From assembly GCA_964639615.1 (NCBI GenBank), contig CAZXHH010000002.1:8290-72289 (forward strand): a stretch of DNA of 64,000 nucleotides, read 5' to 3'. Positions 49,814 to 59,940 of the stretch are shown here, in pieces; the first letter of the stretch is position 1; every line of letters starts with the position of its first letter. The position numbers and the translations under genes were made by a program. Below the pieces are notes generated by a model. That model had not been told where the DNA came from. It saw only the letters and a list, made by a program, of their open reading frames with translations, and did no database searches. This stretch comes from Candidatus Woesearchaeota archaeon. GTDB taxonomy: Archaea; Nanobdellota; Nanobdellia; Pacearchaeales; GW2011-AR1.

Positions 49814-51013
49814 ATGGTTAAATCAGAATTAAATAATATCCAAGAGATTAATGTTGGAGTAGTCGGGCATATAGACCACGGAAAAACAACCCTTCTTAGC
49901 AAATTAACAGGAAAATTTACAGATACTCACTCTGAAGAATTAAAAAGAGGAATTACAATTAAATTGGGTTATGCTGAAATTGTAATATACAAAGACTCAA
50001 ATAATAAATATAATACAAAAAGTGGAACTCCGCAAAGATATGTTTCTTTTATTGATGCTCCTGGACACGAAATGCTCATGGCAAACATGCTTTCAGGTGC
50101 TGCAATAATTGATGCTGCAATTCTTGTTGTTGCTGCAAATGAAGGAATTAAACCTCAAACAAGAGAACATTTCATGGCTCTGCAAGCTAAAGGCATAAAA
50201 AATATTATAATAATACAAAATAAAATTGATTTAGTCACAAAAGAAAAAGCTCTTGAAAATTTCAAAAAAATAAAAGAGTTTGTTAAAGGGACAGTTGCTG
50301 AAAATTCTCCTATTATACCTGTCTCAGCACAGCAGGAAATTAATATAGATAAAATACTAGAAGAGATATGTAAATTAGAAATTCCAAAAAGAGATACAGA
50401 AGCAAAACCAATTTTCCTTGTTGCAAGAAGTTTTGATATTAATAGACCTGGGACAACAATTAAGGGACTTAAAGGTGCAGTTTTAGGCGGAATATTAAAG
50501 AAAGGAAAATTAAAAGTAGGAGATGAAATAGAAATCAAACCTGGTTTAAGTATAAAAAAGGCAAATCAAACAACTTATCAAACACTTACCACAAAAATAA
50601 TTTCGCTTTACAAAAGTTCTCAGTCTATTGATGAAGTTCTTCCTGGAGCAAGCATCTCAATTGAAACTTCTTTAGACCCCTTACTTTCAAAGGCAGATTC
50701 TTTAACAGGTTGTGTAATTTCTTCAAAAGGAAATCTCCCAGAATTAAGCCAGAAGCTTTCAATTAAAACAAAACTATTTGAAGAAGTTTTAGGAACAGAA
50801 CAAAGGCAAAAAGTAGAATCTCTTAAAACAAAAGAAGTATTAATGCTCTCTGTAAATACAACAATTGCTATAGGGATTGTAGATAAAATTGCAAAAGACC
50901 ATATTGAAGTTAATTTAAGTAGTCCAATTGTTGCACTAAAAGGAGATAATACGGGAATTGCAAGAAATATTAACAATCACTGGAGACTAATTGGCTTTGG
51001 TGAGATAATATAA
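49814..51013 (+). CDS. eif2g: Translation initiation factor aIF2 gamma subunit
   Basis: GHIDHGKTT, HSEELKRGITIKLGYA, DAPGHE, QNKID, ARSFDINRPG, WRLIGFG. Confidence 0.97.
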   Translation: MVKSELNNIQEINVGVVGHIDHGKTTLLSKLTGKFTDTHSEELKRGITIKLGYAEIVIYKDSNNKYNTKSGTPQRYVSFIDAPGHEMLMANMLSGAAIIDAAILVVAANEGIKPQTREHFMALQAKGIKNIIIIQNKIDLVTKEKALENFKKIKEFVKGTVAENSPIIPVSAQQEINIDKILEEICKLEIPKRDTEAKPIFLVARSFDINRPGTTIKGLKGAVLGGILKKGKLKVGDEIEIKPGLSIKKANQTTYQTLTTKIISLYKSSQSIDEVLPGASISIETSLDPLLSKADSLTGCVISSKGNLPELSQKLSIKTKLFEEVLGTEQRQKVESLKTKEVLMLSVNTTIAIGIVDKIAKDHIEVNLSSPIVALKGDNTGIARNINNHWRLIGFGEII

Positions 51014-51076
51014 CAACTCTTCTAATATATTTGAAATCATAAAAATCTTTATAAATAATGCGAACTACGAATAATT

Positions 51077-52144
51077 ATGAAAAAAGGTTTGGTTATTGCA
51101 ACATTTATGCTATTATTAGCAAGTTTAGTTCTATTAGCTGCACAAGCAAATATAGATATGGGGGCTTCTAATGAAAACGCACCAGTTTTATATGCTCAAC
51201 TTAATGAAACAGGCGGAGATACTCCTTTAGTTGGAGAATCTTGTGGAACTGTTACACCTGGAACAGAAAATGAATGTTGTATAAATAAGGGATATTCTGG
51301 ATGGGATGCTGAAAAATTCGATTGTGTAAATCAAGAAGATGAAGAAGATTTAGAAGCAGCGTATGTCTGTAAAGATGCTGCTGCTGGAACAAAAACACAA
51401 TGTTGTGTTCAAGAAGGATATTCTGGATGGGACCAAAAAAAAGGAAAGTGTGTAGGTGAAAGAAGAGAAATTACTAGAGAAAAACCAGATTGTGAAGCTT
51501 GGACATGCACAGAATGGGGTGCATGTGAAAAATGGGAAAAAACAAGAAGATGTTCAAGAAATTTAAGCTGCACTGTTGGGGATTTAGAAAAACCAAAAGT
51601 AGTAAAAGATTGTGAAGTAAAAGAAAAGATAAATTTCTATAATAAATCAGCAGATTGCCCCGAAGCATGTAAATGTTCAGGTTCAACAGTTAAATGCTCA
51701 CTTGATGATGGAACAAGAGTAATGACGGTTTATGCAGGAAATTCTGGAAATATGATTGTTCAAGTTAAAGATATTAATATGTCAACAAATGTTGTTTTAT
51801 ACAAAGGTGGTGATGGAAAGGTTTATGCTGTATTAAAAGACAATGAAACTAAAGAAATAATTCTTCCTGATAAAGCTAAAGAAAGACTTCAAGAACATTT
51901 CAAAGCAAGACTATACAATGAATCAGTTAATTTAACAGAAGACGGTTACTATCAAATTCAAACTAAAAAGAAAGCAAGATTATTCTTGATTGTTCCTGTA
52001 AGAGAGCATTTAGAAGCACAAGTTAATGCTGAAACAGGCGAAGTTGTAAGAATAAGAAATCCTTGGTGGGGATTTTTAGCTAAGGATACAGTAGAAGAAG
52101 AAACAGAAACTGAAGAAAACACTTCAGAAGTTCAGACTGAGTAA
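51077..52144 (+). CDS. Secreted Cys-rich protein with duplicated CC..GYSGWD module and PepSY-like C-terminus
   Basis: Signal peptide; ECCINKGYSGWD / QCCVQEGYSGWD; WTCTEWGAC; VNAETGEVV..PWW. Confidence 0.7.
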   Translation: MKKGLVIATFMLLLASLVLLAAQANIDMGASNENAPVLYAQLNETGGDTPLVGESCGTVTPGTENECCINKGYSGWDAEKFDCVNQEDEEDLEAAYVCKDAAAGTKTQCCVQEGYSGWDQKKGKCVGERREITREKPDCEAWTCTEWGACEKWEKTRRCSRNLSCTVGDLEKPKVVKDCEVKEKINFYNKSADCPEACKCSGSTVKCSLDDGTRVMTVYAGNSGNMIVQVKDINMSTNVVLYKGGDGKVYAVLKDNETKEIILPDKAKERLQEHFKARLYNESVNLTEDGYYQIQTKKKARLFLIVPVREHLEAQVNAETGEVVRIRNPWWGFLAKDTVEEETETEENTSEVQTE

Positions 52145-52200
52145 ATTAATTTATTCTACAACTCACAAATATTTATAATATCTAATATTTTGCCTAACTC

Positions 52201-53085
52201 ATGAAAATGAAGGTGTATTCGCATTCTAAATTAGGTACTTTTGAGCAATGCCCTTTAAAATTTAAATTCAAATATATAGATAAATTAAAACCAGTTATTG
52301 AAAAAACAATTGAAGCACATTTAGGAAGTGCTGTTCATGATACTCTTGAATGGGTTTACAATACTGTAAAAGAGAAATCGAAAGAAGCAAATTATATTCC
52401 TCCTTCACTTGATGAGATAATGATGCACTTTGTAAAAGCCTGGCAAAAAGATTTGTCAGAACAGGTCCTAATAGTAAAAAAACAATATACCCAAAAGGAT
52501 TACTTAAACAAAGGAATTCAGTTCTTAGCAGATTACTATCAACAACACTATCCATTCAAAGATGGAACAATTGAATGTGAAAAAGAAATAGCAATTACTC
52601 TTGACGAAAATACTAAAATAATCGGCTTTATTGACCGTCTTGTACATAATGTTGAAAAAAATAGATATGAAATTCACGACTACAAGACAGCAGGAACTCT
52701 TCCTTCACAAGAAAAAATGAATGAGGACAAACAACTTGCATTATATTCTATTGCAATAAAAGAATTATTTGGGGAAGATAAAGAAGTTCTTTTAGTCTGG
52801 CATTATCTAGCTTATAATCAAAAAATAATTTCAAGAAGAACAGATGAGCAGCTTGAAAAATTAAAGGAAGAAACAAAGAAGTTAATTAAGGAAATAGAAG
52901 AAACTAAAGAATTTATTTCTAGAAAATCTATTCTTTGTGAATGGTGCGAATTTAAACCAGTCTGTCCAGAATTTAATATTAAAATAGATACAACATTAAC
53001 AGATAAGATTCTTGCAAAACAGATAAGTAAAGTCAATCCGTTTCCAGATTTCGAAGCTGCAAATAAGCAGTTGGATATTTATTAA
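52201..53085 (+). CDS. PD-(D/E)XK nuclease, RecB/AddB/Cas4-like with four-Cys cluster
   Basis: YSHSKL..FEQCP, G..VH, GFIDRL, IHDYKT, QLALY, CEWCEFKPVC. Confidence 0.9.
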   Translation: MKMKVYSHSKLGTFEQCPLKFKFKYIDKLKPVIEKTIEAHLGSAVHDTLEWVYNTVKEKSKEANYIPPSLDEIMMHFVKAWQKDLSEQVLIVKKQYTQKDYLNKGIQFLADYYQQHYPFKDGTIECEKEIAITLDENTKIIGFIDRLVHNVEKNRYEIHDYKTAGTLPSQEKMNEDKQLALYSIAIKELFGEDKEVLLVWHYLAYNQKIISRRTDEQLEKLKEETKKLIKEIEETKEFISRKSILCEWCEFKPVCPEFNIKIDTTLTDKILAKQISKVNPFPDFEAANKQLDIY

Positions 53086-53291
53086 CCTACAAATATCGTC
53101 TTAAGCTCCAAGGCAGATTCAACATCTCTCTTTCTTTGTGCTAATAAAAACTCTCCTAATCCCCCATTCATTTGCTCAGCCATATAAAGATTTTCTTCAT
53201 CTGTAAATTTACGCACAGGACCAGATTCAGCAGCAATTCTGTTTAATTCTACCCTATAAGCTTCATCACGCGTTAATTTTTTATATTGCAT
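53082..53291 (-). CDS. Small hypothetical protein
   Basis: 69-aa ORF following the phosphoesterase. Confidence 0.5.
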   Translation of the reverse strand: MQYKKLTRDEAYRVELNRIAAESGPVRKFTDEENLYMAEQMNGGLGEFLLAQRKRDVESALELKTIFVG

Positions 53292-53300
53292 AATATATAA

Positions 53301-54419
53301 TTACTTTAACAATTTAAAAAGATTTTTATTCACAACCTCTTCTTCTTTATGCTTCTTTAAATTAATTAAATTAATCTGATTTGTTGAGCCTAATCTCATT
53401 GGAGGACCCCAAGTTCCTGTTCCTGGAGAAGTTATAACAGCTGAATTTTTTGATTTGTAATACCCTGAAGGATAAGGATAAAATAATCCTACAAACAAAT
53501 TCATTGGAAAAATCTGTCCATTATGAGTATGTCCTGCAAGATGTAAATCAATTCCGTGTTTCTCAAGTTTCTTAAGCCTAAATATTGGAGCATGATAAAG
53601 AAGTATATTCTTGTATTTCTTGCTCAATCCCATTTTATTAAGTTTAATTAAAATTTTTCTTCTTGAATCATTATAATCAATACCTATAATATTAAGCTCT
53701 CCTAATTTACTCTGTTGACCTCTTAAAATTTTCATCTTTGTTTTATTAAGTATAGGGAGAACTCTATCTAATCCTTCATAAATTTCATGATTTCCAACAC
53801 AGAAATATACAGGTGCTTTTATCTTATTTATAGGAGAAAATAAATCTGTACTTATTTTTGTACTACCATCAACTATATCTCCTGTAATTACAACTGCATC
53901 TGGATTTAATGAATTTGTCTCCTTAACAACTCTTTCAAGGAATTCTTTTTGATGTATTGCGCCAATATGCAAATCACTCAAATGAACCAGACTCATTTCT
54001 TTTTTCAATCCCCTAATTGGAACATCTATTGGCTTGATATTTAGTCTTTTTCCATTAATTATAGATACTACAGACATAATTACAATAACTGAAAGTACAA
54101 CTGCTGAACCTATCTGATCATTAAATTTGAAAAATAATTTAATTGCTCTATAAATTACAAATGTTATTAATGAGAAAAATGCAATACCTATCCAAATTGA
54201 AGCTATTCTATAAAACAATTTAGTGGTCATCATTGGCCACAATCTTTCAAATACAACTGTAATAGGATAAGAAAATGAAAGTAAAAAAAGAATAGTATAA
54301 AATAACGGTCCTTGATTCCATCTAAAAGATTCAAAAATATTAGACAAAGAAAAATAATTTAATGCTAAAAATAATAAAACAAAAAATGAGATAAATAAAA
54401 CAAATCTCCCCTTTTTCAT
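53301..54419 (-). CDS. Membrane-bound metallophosphoesterase (YkuE-like)
   Basis: N-terminal TMs; SDLH, TGD, GNHE, GHTHNGQ, GTWGPPMRLG. Confidence 0.93.
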   Translation of the reverse strand: MKKGRFVLFISFFVLLFLALNYFSLSNIFESFRWNQGPLFYTILFLLSFSYPITVVFERLWPMMTTKLFYRIASIWIGIAFFSLITFVIYRAIKLFFKFNDQIGSAVVLSVIVIMSVVSIINGKRLNIKPIDVPIRGLKKEMSLVHLSDLHIGAIHQKEFLERVVKETNSLNPDAVVITGDIVDGSTKISTDLFSPINKIKAPVYFCVGNHEIYEGLDRVLPILNKTKMKILRGQQSKLGELNIIGIDYNDSRRKILIKLNKMGLSKKYKNILLYHAPIFRLKKLEKHGIDLHLAGHTHNGQIFPMNLFVGLFYPYPSGYYKSKNSAVITSPGTGTWGPPMRLGSTNQINLINLKKHKEEEVVNKNLFKLLK

Positions 54420-54478
54420 ATTATAATAAGCAAAAATATTCTTTTAAAGCTTTTGATAAACACTCTATTTTAAAATTT

Positions 54479-55732
54479 TTATCTTCTTCCTCTTCCAAAA
54501 TTATTTCCTCTTCTTGGGTTTCTATTCCCTCTGCTTCTATCCCTATTTTCATCTCTATCTCTGTTTTGTTCTCTTCCACTAAATCTATTTCTTTTTCCAG
54601 AATCTAAGATTACTCTAACCATTTGAATTTCAGGTAATTCTTCAGAAGTTATCTCAACATCTTTAGAACTTAATAAATTTCTAAAATTATCATAATCTCT
54701 ACTTGCAAGAATTGTTATAGCTTTTCCATCTTCCCCTGCTCTTGCTGTTCTTCCTACTCTATGAACATAATCACTAGAATCTGAAGGAATATCATAATTA
54801 TACACATGGCTAACTCCTTTGATATCAAGTCCTCTTGAAGCAACATCTGTGCAAATTAAAACGCCTAATCCTTTTTTATGAAATTCATCAAGAACCTTTA
54901 TTCTTTTATTTTGCTCCATACCCCCATGAATAGCTTTTGCATTAATTCCTAATGAAATTAAATTTCTAGCTACAAAATCAACATTCCTTCTTGTGTTGCA
55001 AAAAATCATTACTAGATTAGCATCTTCTTTCTTTAACAATCCAACAAGCAATGAGAATTTTTGATAATCTGGAACATCATAATAAATTTGTTTTAATTTA
55101 GAAGAATCAACTTGGGATTGAACAGATACTCTTACAGCATCATGAGTATATTTATTTGAAAGATAATCTATTTCAGGAGATAATGTTGCAGAGAACATTA
55201 AAGTTTGCCTTATTTTTGGGCATTCATTAATTATATTTTCAACATCTCTTCTAAATCCCATATCAAACATTCTGTCAACTTCATCTAATACAAGAAATTT
55301 TATTTTGTCTAATCTTAAAGTTCTTCTTTTTAGATGGTCCAATATTCTTCCTGGAGTACCGACAAGAATATCTGTATAATAAAGATCTCTTATCTGAGAA
55401 TTAATATTTACCCCTCCATAAATTGGAGTAACATTCAATCTTTTATTCTTTCCAAAATCTCTTATTGATTTTGAAACTTGTTCTGCAAGCTCTCTTGTTG
55501 GAGTTAATACAATAGCTTGAATTTCTCCTCTTTCAGGTTTTATATTTTCTAAAATTGTTGAAGCAAAAACTAGAGTTTTACCGCTTCCAGTCATAGCTCC
55601 TCCAATAACATCTCTTCCAGCTAGTGCTAAAGGTATTGCTTTCTCCTGAATTTCAGATGGTTCTTTAAAACCAAATTGTTTCAAAACATCTGTCAATTCT
55701 TGGCTTAATCCTAATTTTGTGAATTGTTCCAT
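54479..55732 (-). CDS. DEAD-box RNA helicase
   Basis: Q motif, TGSGKT, PTRELA, GTPGR, DEVD, SAT, HRVGRTAR; R/G-rich tail. Confidence 0.95.
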   Translation of the reverse strand: MEQFTKLGLSQELTDVLKQFGFKEPSEIQEKAIPLALAGRDVIGGAMTGSGKTLVFASTILENIKPERGEIQAIVLTPTRELAEQVSKSIRDFGKNKRLNVTPIYGGVNINSQIRDLYYTDILVGTPGRILDHLKRRTLRLDKIKFLVLDEVDRMFDMGFRRDVENIINECPKIRQTLMFSATLSPEIDYLSNKYTHDAVRVSVQSQVDSSKLKQIYYDVPDYQKFSLLVGLLKKEDANLVMIFCNTRRNVDFVARNLISLGINAKAIHGGMEQNKRIKVLDEFHKKGLGVLICTDVASRGLDIKGVSHVYNYDIPSDSSDYVHRVGRTARAGEDGKAITILASRDYDNFRNLLSSKDVEITSEELPEIQMVRVILDSGKRNRFSGREQNRDRDENRDRSRGNRNPRRGNNFGRGRR

Positions 55733-55763
55733 TTTCAATACTACATTATAACTAACAAAAACT

Positions 55764-55819
55764 TCAAGAAATATCCTTGAGCGTAAGTCATTATAAACAT
55801 TTTACTGCTCAAGACTCAC
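55764..55819 (-). promoter_or_regulatory. Putative structured 5' leader of the DEAD-box helicase
   Basis: Competing stems: 55776-55786 with 55802-55813, versus 55783-55789 with 55813-55819 plus 55764-55770 with 55774-55780. Confidence 0.4.
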
Positions 55820-55872
55820 TGACCTGTTCGTTACATACTTAACGAGTTTTAAGGGTTTATAAGGTTGAGTGT

Positions 55873-57390
55873 TTAGCCCCTATGACCCAAAACTCTTCTC
55901 TGGTCCTTTTTATCCTTGTAAGAACGAGGAACATAAATTGGTTTCTTATTTTTAGGATTTAATCCAGTATAATACATGCAAGTTGAATCAGTCATAGGAG
56001 TCGGAGTAAATATCTGAACAGATTTTGTATTTTTCAAACCTTTCATTTTATCTGCAAGTTCTCTTGCTTCTTTCATTGTAGTTCCAGGATGTCCAACCAT
56101 AAAATAAAAAGACAACTCTCCACAACCCAATTTTCTAAATCTCTCCATAAATTCCTCTAAACTTCCTTTATTTTTATTCATTAATTCCAAAACATCTGAA
56201 TTAACATGCTCTGGAGCAATTTTTAATGTTCCAGAAATATGAGGTTTTAATTCTTTCAGATATTCGTCTGTCGCTAAATCATATCTAACACCACTTCTTA
56301 CAAAAAGTTTCTTGACTTCTTTTATTTTTCTTATCTCTTTCAATAAATGAATTAATTTTGAATGAGTTCTATCAAGATTCTTACAATTTAAGCAATTATT
56401 TCCTGCACATTTCTTGCAATCCATTCCATACATATTAGCTGAAGGTCCACCCAAATCATCTATATTTCCCTTAAAGTTAGGCAATTTGGTTAGATATTTA
56501 ATCTCACGTAAAATAGATTCCTCTGACCTTGAAACAATTTTACTAGGAAACATTAATCTTAAAGAACAAAAACTACAATTCCCTATACATCCTCTATGTG
56601 TAACAACACTAAATTCGAAACCTTTCAGATTACTATCAGAAACTTTTCTTGTAAAAGGCAATTCATAATATTCATCTAAATCTTTGGAAAAATATTCTGG
56701 AAATTTATATTGCAAAATATAGAAAGAACTATCTTTTTGAGCAAGATTTTTATCACTTGCTAACAAATTCTGCATATCACAAAATTTTTCTTTTGATTTT
56801 AAAACTTCTTCATGGCTTGGCAACAATACAAAATCTAAACCTTTTGGAAGCTCTCTATCTTTTACACAAGTTCCATCTATTCCAATAAGGTTTTCTTTTT
56901 TAGCAAGTCTTTTAGAAATCTCTAATATTTGCTTCTCTCCATATCCATAAACTAAAATATCTGCTCTAGAATCAAGTAAAATTGACCTTCTTAATGAATC
57001 TGACCAGTAATCATAATGGGTAAATCTCCTTAAAGAACTTTCAACTCCGCCAATAACAATTGGAACATCCTTGAAATGCTTTTTTATCCAATTACTATAA
57101 ACAATAATAGCTCTATCTGGAACTTCTTTTGTATATTTTACATTCTTATCTTCTGCTCTGCTTTTTTTAAGTGCATTATAATTTCTAAGCATAGAATCAA
57201 TACTCCCTGAACTTACTCCAAAGAACAATCTTGGTTTTCCTAACTTCTTTATCTCTTCTTCGTTTTTAGGAATATCAATTACACCTACACTAAAATTATT
57301 CTTCTCCAGATATCTTTTCAGCAAAGCAACTCCACAAAGCGGATGATCAGAGTATCTCTCCCCCGAAATAAAGATTATATCATATTCCAT
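55873..57390 (-). CDS. ygiQ: YgiQ (UPF0313) family radical SAM protein
   Basis: DHP, GSIDSM, PDRA, GGVESSLRRFTHYDYW, RGCIGNCSFC, DLGGPSANMYG, QIFTPTPMT; start re-called to 57390 because the longer ORF overlaps tRNA-Asp. Confidence 0.92.
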   Translation of the reverse strand: MEYDIIFISGERYSDHPLCGVALLKRYLEKNNFSVGVIDIPKNEEEIKKLGKPRLFFGVSSGSIDSMLRNYNALKKSRAEDKNVKYTKEVPDRAIIVYSNWIKKHFKDVPIVIGGVESSLRRFTHYDYWSDSLRRSILLDSRADILVYGYGEKQILEISKRLAKKENLIGIDGTCVKDRELPKGLDFVLLPSHEEVLKSKEKFCDMQNLLASDKNLAQKDSSFYILQYKFPEYFSKDLDEYYELPFTRKVSDSNLKGFEFSVVTHRGCIGNCSFCSLRLMFPSKIVSRSEESILREIKYLTKLPNFKGNIDDLGGPSANMYGMDCKKCAGNNCLNCKNLDRTHSKLIHLLKEIRKIKEVKKLFVRSGVRYDLATDEYLKELKPHISGTLKIAPEHVNSDVLELMNKNKGSLEEFMERFRKLGCGELSFYFMVGHPGTTMKEARELADKMKGLKNTKSVQIFTPTPMTDSTCMYYTGLNPKNKKPIYVPRSYKDKKDQRRVLGHRG

Positions 57391-57421
57391 AATAATTAGT
57401 AAGAATTTGAATTTATAAATA

Positions 57422-57493
57422 CGCCCAGACCGAGAATCGAACTCGGGACTCAACCGTGACAGGGTTGTGTTTTAGCCACTAAACTACCTAGGC
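57422..57493 (-). tRNA. trnD: tRNA-Asp(GTC)
   Basis: GCCTAGG/TCTGGGC, CAACC-CTGTCAC-GGTTG, CCGAG-TTCGATT-CTCGG, discriminator G. Confidence 0.95.
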
Positions 57494-57612
57494 TCCATCT
57501 TTAAACATAAATACGTATCAATTTCAATTTTTAAAGCTTACTCTGTTCTATTGTATACTCAAAAAATACTATTTAACAACAGATTTATAATATAAAAAAA
57601 TAATAAATACCT

Positions 57613-58518
57613 ATGAACATGAAATCATTTTTTGCAATACTATTCTTTATATTAGTATTATTTTTGCTAATTTTTTACTGGTTTGTCCCTTATAATTCAA
57701 TAAATTTAGGTTCTTCATCAAATTCAAACTTTACAATGAATAGCTCAATAAATGAAAGCTTACAATTCTATCCAAATATGAGATTTGCTGAAAAAGATAT
57801 CTCTTATCAAATAGAGAATTGCCCCTTACAAAGAAAAAATGATATGGAACAAGCATTTGCATTAATAGAAAACAATACAGAGCTAGATTTCTCTCCTACA
57901 ATTAGCAAACCAGAAATAATTGTAACTTGTGATGAAAAAACCAAAATTGAAGGAAACCTCTTTATAGCAGGTGAAGGTGGACCAACAAACATTACAGTTG
58001 CAGGAACATTTAATGTTATTGAAAGTGGAAAAATACTTCTTCTTGACAATTCAAAATGTGAAAGACCAAATGTTGCAATACACGAATTACTTCATGTACT
58101 TGGATTTACGCACTCAAAAAACCCAAATAATATTATGTATGAAATAAGTGAATGTCAACAGACAATAGGAGAGGATATAGTAATTTTCCTTAATGAAATA
58201 TATTCCATTCCAAGTGAACCAGATTTAGTATTTGAAAATGCTTCTGCTTTCTTGCATGGAAAATACTTGGATGTAAACTTCACCCTAAGAAATGATGGAT
58301 TGAGAGATTCTGGAAAATCTATTGTTAAATTATACGTCGATAATAAAGTAATTAAAGAAATTTCAATACCTGAAGTTCAAATTGGATATGGAAGGAAGAT
58401 AAGCTTAGCAAATTTATGGGTTCCTCAAGTCAATATTGAAGAAATAAAATTTGTAATAGAAAATGATTTCTCTGAACTGGATAAAGCAAACAATGAAGTT
58501 TCTCTTAAAGTAAAATAA
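57613..58518 (+). CDS. Membrane-anchored matrixin (M10-like) zinc metalloprotease with C-terminal CARDB/Ig domain
   Basis: HELLHVLGFTH and Met-turn NIMY; E..KANN end. Confidence 0.88.
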   Translation: MNMKSFFAILFFILVLFLLIFYWFVPYNSINLGSSSNSNFTMNSSINESLQFYPNMRFAEKDISYQIENCPLQRKNDMEQAFALIENNTELDFSPTISKPEIIVTCDEKTKIEGNLFIAGEGGPTNITVAGTFNVIESGKILLLDNSKCERPNVAIHELLHVLGFTHSKNPNNIMYEISECQQTIGEDIVIFLNEIYSIPSEPDLVFENASAFLHGKYLDVNFTLRNDGLRDSGKSIVKLYVDNKVIKEISIPEVQIGYGRKISLANLWVPQVNIEEIKFVIENDFSELDKANNEVSLKVK

Positions 58519-58541
58519 AAAAATAAAAGAAATAAAAAAGA

Positions 58542-58631
58542 TTATTCATCAAGACCCATTTCATCAATAAATTGGTCTAGATCCTCATCTTCTTCGATAA
58601 GGTCTACTTTTTCTTTAATATCTTGCCTCAT
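58542..58631 (-). CDS. Possible 29-aa acidic peptide (not in ORF track)
   Basis: MRQDIKEKVDLIEEDEDLDQFIDEMGLDE; TTTAAA ~30 nt upstream. Confidence 0.45.
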   Translation of the reverse strand: MRQDIKEKVDLIEEDEDLDQFIDEMGLDE

Positions 58632-58753
58632 TTTTATGAATTTTTATATCATTTTTAGTTTTTAAATTCTTCTATTTTATATAGGATATATTAAAAAATC
58701 TGTTTCAAATTGATAATTTTACCGACGATGATTTTTATTATTTCTATTATATT

Positions 58754-59659
58754 TTATTCAAACAACTTACTAACCTCTTCCAAAAATTTATCTTCCATTT
58801 TTTTGCAATATCCATGGATACATCCTTCTGCAATGAAGAAATCTTTTGGCTCTTTTGCAAGATTAAATGTATATTCTGCATCTTTTAATTCCACAATTGT
58901 ATCATTATCTCCCTGAAACATAAAAATAGGTCTTGGAGAAATTTTTGTAATATAATTATCTGGGTCAATTGATAAAAGATAGGCAGTATACGGCTGTTTT
59001 TCATCTTTAAAATGATAACCAGAAGAACTTATTGCAATTGCTCCGTTTAATTTATCCTCCAAAGCTGTTGCAATTATAGAGTATCTTCCTCCCATGCTCT
59101 CTCCAATTAAAGCAATAGAGTTTTTATCCACTTCTTTAATATCCTTTAAAACATCAAAAGCAACTAAAGCATCATAAACAGATAAATGTAGAATTGATTC
59201 TTTCCCTGATGAAAAGATTTCATAATCCTGCTGCATTGATGGAAAAGCTCCCCCTGTTTGCCCAATCCCCCTCTGATCAAGGATTAAAACAGCATATCCT
59301 AAGTTTGCAAGTTGCATGGCTCGAATAGAAAATCCTTCTTTAGCAACTCCTCCTCCAGGAAGCATAATTAATCCTGGAACTTTTTCACTGATATTTTTTG
59401 GAATAAATAATAATCCATAAATTGTTGCAGATTTATCATTCATAAAACCTAAACTCTTGTAATTTAAAGAATAAACTTCAACTGAATTGTTTGTGTAATT
59501 AAGATTCATTTCATAATCAGGTGCAGGTCTGTGTAAATAATATTTTGGATAACCATCAACAAGTTTTCCTTTATTAGCTGATTGAATTAAATAAAAAGCA
59601 GATAATAAAATAACTAAAATTATAACTCCAAAAAATATTTTCTCTTTTACTCTTTTCAT
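58754..59659 (-). CDS. Membrane-anchored alpha/beta hydrolase
   Basis: PGGG, DQRGIG, nucleophile GESMGG, GDNDTIV, IHG. Confidence 0.9.
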   Translation of the reverse strand: MKRVKEKIFFGVIILVILLSAFYLIQSANKGKLVDGYPKYYLHRPAPDYEMNLNYTNNSVEVYSLNYKSLGFMNDKSATIYGLLFIPKNISEKVPGLIMLPGGGVAKEGFSIRAMQLANLGYAVLILDQRGIGQTGGAFPSMQQDYEIFSSGKESILHLSVYDALVAFDVLKDIKEVDKNSIALIGESMGGRYSIIATALEDKLNGAIAISSSGYHFKDEKQPYTAYLLSIDPDNYITKISPRPIFMFQGDNDTIVELKDAEYTFNLAKEPKDFFIAEGCIHGYCKKMEDKFLEEVSKLFE

Positions 59660-59723
59660 TTTTGAAAAAAATCCCTCTATGCAAATGTTTACATGAGCAT
59701 TGTTGAGATGTTCTGAAAGAACA

Positions 59724-59882
59724 TCCCTCCACCAAGAATCGAACTTGGGATCTCTCGGGTTCTGCTTTAATCAGATTCCTTAAGGAATGGCTTATCACGT
59801 TTCATCCTGTCCATATAGAATGGAATGTCCACGCTAGATAATTTTCTACAGCCAAGCGCTCTAGCCACTGAGCTATGGAGGG
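59724..59882 (-). tRNA. trnY: tRNA-Tyr(GTA) with 86-nt intron at 37/38 (intron 59760..59845)
   Basis: C1-G72 acceptor CCCTCCA/TGGAGGG, CTTGG-CTGTAG^C-CCGAG, TTCGATT T loop; CTGT pairs with intron GCAG followed by an AA^C bulge. Confidence 0.9.
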
Positions 59883-59940
59883 TTTATTCTTTAAATTTAA
59901 GATAAATTTTGTTTTTAAAAGTTATTGTTATAAAAGATAT

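Noticed and set aside
52201..53085. Cas4-like nuclease as sign of a CRISPR-Cas locus
   Set aside because: No repeat-spacer array or other cas genes in the window; solo PD-(D/E)XK nucleases are common.
57391..57453. N-terminal extension of YgiQ
   Set aside because: Runs through tRNA-Asp and the TATA box; real start is 57390.
59670..59725. Hairpins and a 7-nt echo (ATCCCTC) of the tRNA-Tyr 3' end
   Set aside because: Too short for an att site; most simply a tRNA trailer or terminator structure.
59574..59798. 74-aa ORF in the track
   Set aside because: Overlaps tRNA-Tyr and its intron; spurious.
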